Source: Massalongia carnosa (lineage: Eukaryota). From it: DNA of 64,000 nt. How positions within the stretch are numbered: the first letter of the stretch is position 1; every line of letters starts with the position of its first letter. Shown piece by piece: positions 59,056 to 64,000 of this stretch. The stretch is taken from NCBI GenBank assembly GCA_965645245.1, contig OZ287085.1:186001-250000 (forward strand), written 5' to 3'. Made by a program: the position numbers and the translations under genes. Below the pieces are notes generated by a model that worked only from the letters and a program-made list of their open reading frames with translations, was not told where the DNA came from and did no database searches.

Positions 59056-62000
59056 TCAGTCTCTCTTGTGTCGCCAATGTAATTTCCGTCTTATAGTGCT
59101 AGTCAGTCGATCAGGTTCTGCGATAGAATTCGAGGCGTGAATCGTGTCGAATGTGTCAACTCGTCTGTTTGATTGTTCAAAGTCGCAGATTTTCAGTTGA
59201 TCCAGGGCATTAACTGTCTTCGGGTGTTCTGGTTCTAGTGTACTTGTACGGCCTTGTACGACAAGCCTGAAGTGGTATGTCGCATCCTCAAACATTGATC
59301 TTTTCTTGTACAAGAGTCCTAAATTAAATCTTGTGCTCAAGGTTGACTTATGGTCAGGACCTTGGGTCTTTTCGTAGCCTGTCAGTGCCGGCAGATACAT
59401 TTTTTCGGCTTCTTTCATCTTGTCTTGATCGCAGTATAGATTTCCTAAACTGTGAACGATGTTGAGCGTTGACGGGTGCTCAACGTCGTAGATCTTTTCC
59501 TTGTCTGTCAATGCCCGCAGATACATTTCTTCGGCTTCTTTCAGTTTGTCTTGCTTGAGGTACAGATCTCCTAAAGTGTAGACGATTTCGAGCATCGCCG
59601 TATGCTTAACGCCCACGTTTTAAGTCTTTTCGTAGCCTGTCAATACTCGCAGATACATTTCTTCGGCCTCTTTTAATTTGCCTTGCTTCCTGTACAGTTC
59701 ACCTAAGTTGGTGACGATGGGGAGCGTCGACGTGTGCTCAACCCCGCGGATCTTTTCGTAGCCTGTCAATGCCCGCAGATACATTTCTTCGGCTTCTTTC
59801 ATTTTGCATTGATCAAAATACAGAACTCCTAATTATTGACGGTCTCGAGCGTCGACGTGTGCTCAACATCCCAGGCCTTTTCCTTGCCTATCAACGCCCG
59901 CAGAAACATTTCTTCGGCTTTTTTCATTTTGCCTTGCTTTGCATACAGAGCTTCTATATTGCTGACGATGTTGAGCGTCGACGTGTGCTCAACGCCGCAC
60001 GTCTTTTCGTAACCTGACAATGCTCGCAGATACATTTCTTCGGCTTCTTTCATCTTGTCTTGATTAATATACAGATTTCCTAAATTTTTGATGAGGTCGA
60101 GCGTGAACATGTGCTCAACGTCGAAAATCCTTTCGTAACCCGTCAATGTTCGCAAATACATTACTTCGGCTTCTTTCGTTTTGCCTTGATTTGAATACAG
60201 CTCAGCCAATTCATGACATGCGTAGCTAAGAGATGCAAGATCTATCTCCGTATCAAACCTTTCTTGTATGCGATGCTTCAGTAATGGGAAAATACGATCG
60301 CAACGTGGCAGAAGACGTCTCGATATGGAAAAATAATTAGACGTGATCTCTGAGGGCGCGGCAGATGCGACAACGATCATGGCAAGCCAGCTCATATTAG
60401 CCTTTTCTTTCTCAAGTGCGTAAAATGACAACTGATGAAGCACAGGATGCATAGCGAACGAAGATGATTCGATTTTTGCATCGATGAAGGAATATTCCAA
60501 AAGTAGTCCTATGCAGTTTTTGAATTCAAGTTCATCGCCTGCACACCTGATATATCAATCAGGCATCTCAAACTCATGACGTCGCGCAGACGCAAAAAGC
60601 TCATACCAGAGATCTTGATTGTCGAGAAACGCCCACAGTATTAAAATCTTCGCTGCGTCCTCACTGTGCGCCTGAAGATGATTGAAAGATAACATTCATG
60701 TTGTCAAAACACTGCGCTCTGTACCCGCTTGAATTGTGGAACGATGCTGCATTTTCATTACTTTTTCCCTTGTGAGATTGTATGATTCAATGTACTTGGA
60801 CACGTTTGTGCCTGTTTTCCGCATGTATGAGCCGGCTTGATTAATCGTCAGCGGAAGGCCTTGAAGTAGATTTACAATCTCGAATAAACCTAACAACATG
60901 TCTCAGATGTCAGATAACGCCTGAGCAAGTATTCTTCTCGTCGCACTGACCTTGCATGGATTGCCCGAGACAATTCTCGAGAATTCTTTCTCCTTGCAAT
61001 TGATTAACCGGGTTTACTTTCATATCCGTACCTAAATGGCATAAACTGGCTAGTCGAGAAGTGATGAGAATAGATCCTTGATCTGCTATTGGAAAAAATT
61101 CTTGAACGTTGAAGGCTTCCGGATCTTCAATTGATCCGGAACACTTTCGATCCACGTTGTCAAAAATTAGCAGCCATTGATCATTTGATGGCTGTGATAA
61201 CCAATCAAGCACATCCGTATTCCTCGTGCTTTTCTCCTGTCCGCTATTTTCAGATATCTGATGCTGTGATATTCGACCGGCAAGGTCAGCAATGCCTCGC
61301 TTCAGTCTCTCCTTAGTCGAACCGTCGACCCAGAAGACCGCGGTGTAGTTCATGTGATATTGTCGAGCGAATTCAACGGAGAGCTGAGTCTTTTCAATCC
61401 CGTCAGGTCCGTGAAGGACGAATACTTTGCGACGCATTGAACCCATATTGGTGGGAATTGTTTCGAGATCCCGCGCTATGTCAAGAAGAGTGGAGCTGTT
61501 TCTTTTCAAAGACTCTAATAACGTCGTGTCGTGTCCGAATGCTTCAGCAAGCCATAAATCATATACTGCAGCGTCACTTCCTTGATGTGGTGTTCCAAGA
61601 AAGATAATCCCAGTCGTGGACAGTTTAATATCGCTAAAAATTTTATCATGATTGGCCAATACTAGAGCCTTTGAAGAAGCCCTTAGTAATTGAAAATTTT
61701 AGTTTCAAGCGAGATCAACCTGTTTAATGATTAAACCTCCAAGGCCATGTCCAATAAGTATAAGTGGCCGACGACGCTGCTATATAGATTAATAGTGAGA
61801 ACAAACGAAGGATTCCCGCGATAGCTTTACGGACCTTTTCACTTGACCGATTCTGATCAAGAATATTTAGAAACTGCTCCCCACATTTGCGGAGACTTGT
61901 TTTGATGTCTGGTTTTGGCCAATCTGACCCGTAACTGTATATCGCAATTCTAGCGTTTGAAGCAAAGGTTTGGCAGCAAGTCTCGAAGCCACATGACATC

Positions 62001-62316
62001 AGCAGTGTCTGATGTGTTGTGAGCGACGTCGGGAAGCTTGTCAGTCTGAGCACGCTTTTGACGGCTTGTTAAGAAATTGAATGGATTGGCTTTTCTAGAC
62101 TTTGGCTGCTTGGCAGTATTTGGCCTCGAGACCCATGTGTAATGTGGATGAGCACCGAGACCTTGCACTGCAATAATGCTTAAACATCTGTCAGCGATGC
62201 TGCTTGGGCTTCATGAAGAATCGCTTGTCTTACTCTACTTCGGGTTCGTTACTGTCTGGCTCGCCACTGACCCAAACATTAAGGCCGGAGGCCTTGACTG
62301 TGTCTCTGTTGCACAT
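59056..62316 (-). pseudogene. Pseudogenised paralog of the 44450-49150 NLR (SesB-like/NB-ARC/TPR)
   Basis: Same first exon (MCNRDTVKASGLNVWVSG) and matching intron positions. GHSLGG has become GHGLGG and Walker A has become HGPDGIEKT. There is an internal deletion after RDLET and stops near 60696, 59829 and 59620. It has about 8 diverged TPRs and a C-terminal cap. Confidence 0.88.
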
Positions 62317-62586
62317 AGTGTAGCGACCTAAAACATGGAAAGAATAAATGTGTGTTAGGTGGCCATCGGTATATGTATATCCGTGCCCCTCGTATCGGTC
62401 TGTATCAAGCGAGGCATACCGAGCACGAATCACAGCCGCATCCCCTCAAAGTGGCTAAGCACATTTGAGATAACTATTAGAAGCACGAAAGTAGCCTTGT
62501 GGATGAGCCTTGTGGAGTGGCGTCAACAGCTGGTGGTACTTGTAGGTGTAATCAGCGAACGCGATCCTGCCCCGTACCTGACGATT

Positions 62587-62652
62587 AACAGTTGACGGCA
62601 TAATGTCTGCAGGGCTGAGCTAATACGCCTGAGGGCCAAGCGAGTATTCCAA
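62587..62652 (-). repeat. Diverged fragment related to the TRIM LTR
   Basis: AACAGTTGACGGCATAATGT, CTGCAGGGCTGAGCTA and AAGCGAGTATTCCAA blocks occur in the same order as in 23356-23479. Confidence 0.7.
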
Positions 62653-63396
62653 AACCAACAGATCGGAAGAATATTCTTCCACTTAGTTAGTTGGACTACA
62701 GTATGAGGGAACGGTGGGGTTGGGGGGTTGAAGGGATTGAGCTAATCGAGACGAGGTGGAAAGAGGGCAAGGGCTAGGTGTCGTTCCACGGGGTTAACCC
62801 CGGGAGGGTACTCTCTCGAGGAATATGTTGGTTAGATTGGGTTCTGGAATGATCAACCAGCTTTCTCTAAGACTCTCCACGCAGTAAATAAGGTGAGAGA
62901 CAGACTGGAAATAGGCTTGAAGTGATAAACTATGTAATGACTGACTAGCTAATATACAGAGAGTAGATACAGCTATTATATAGAAGTTGAGACTACCTCA
63001 ATTCCTCCTATTTGCAATGACTCCTCCGAGCTCATCGTATTACCCGTGATTGGTAATGTCCAGCTTACTCTCTGACTCATATTGCCACATAGAAGTATCT
63101 CGATGATACTTAAGCTTTCATAGCTAAGCGCTTGATATTGAATGTGGCGTTGATACTAATCAACTGTGAGGCAACGGCACAGTTCAGGATAATATTACCC
63201 AATTAGGCATAGACTTAATGCTGTGGCGGATGAGGCGGATGAGGCGAAATCAAAAGTTTCCGACAGCCCCACCATCAACTTTTTACCCCCCCACTGCTTT
63301 GAATTATCAACTATCAAGTTGTTATTTTGATGTCTTGAAACTTCGTACGATGATTACATACATTATAGCAAGTACATTGGGCTGAGAAATATATTT

Positions 63397-64000
63397 TTAA
63401 TATTTCGTATACCATCCTTTTGACTGGATGTAAGCTTCAATCCTCCTTTCCATGCTGTCTACTAAACTCTTCAGCATTTCCTCATCTATCAAGGCCCATG
63501 CTTCTTCCAAAGCTTTCCAAAGTACCTCGCGGACCCTATCATCACCACCAGTCACCGAGTCGATGTCCGGATTGACCTGGTAGACGAGCTTTTTGAGCAC
63601 GTACCAAACGTGCTCGATGGGATTCAAATCAGGAGAATAAGGGGGCCAATCGATGACTATTATACCGTTTTCATCGAACAATTTCTTCACCTTTTTGGCA
63701 GTGTGAATGGGGGCATTATCCTGCATGAAAATGAGACCTGGTTCCCAAATTCCATGCAGATTATCGCTCAATAATTCCAAATATGAATTCGCGGAGTACC
63801 CCATCTTCTTTGCCTCGAAATCGCGGGCCAATTTGTAAAGATCCGACCTCCCCCCCCCCCAAAAAGCCCCCCATACCATGACCTTAACCTCTTTTCCTTT
63901 GCCGTACGGTTGTATCATAGGTTTTTTCCATTTTTCGTCCGGAAACCTGAACACCCATTGACGCTGTTTTCCCGACCCCTTTTCCACCGAGCACTCGTCT
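63397..64000 (-). mobile_element. Tc1-like DD34E transposase, C-terminal part (continues beyond window)
   Basis: VMVWGAF, FMQDNAPIH, WPPYSPDLNPIEHVW, KGWYTKY. Confidence 0.92.

Overview
This is a transposon-dense region of a filamentous ascomycete genome, judged from short GT-AG introns, fungal NLR architectures and fungal TE families. Retroelements: a decayed Ty3/Gypsy remnant and a decayed Ty1/Copia (1-7.3 kb); a young intact Copia (13113-23172, 5-bp TSD GGTTG) whose 5' LTR is split by an apparently intact tyrosine-recombinase (DIRS/Ngaro-like) retroelement (13263-17590) with no conventional terminal repeats; a degenerate second copy of that Copia; and a 900-bp TRIM-like element with dispersed solo LTRs. 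DNA transposons: a 3.7-kb Tc1/IS630-like element with ~220-bp TIRs and a second convergent gene; a pogo/Fot1 element; a piggyBac fragment; a Tc1 at the right edge; and two DUF3505-type relics. Host-type genes: three SesB-like hydrolase/NB-ARC/TPR NLR loci (one largely intact with 17 near-identical 42-aa TPRs), plus a zinc-finger gene, an HNH gene and an AIM9/APH-like gene, most of them disrupted. The two most unusual objects are the YR retroelement, whose duplicated 74-bp leader repeat is a gapped complement of its joined 3' and 5' ends, and the two-gene long-TIR Tc1 element. All assignments are by eye from motifs; no searches were run.
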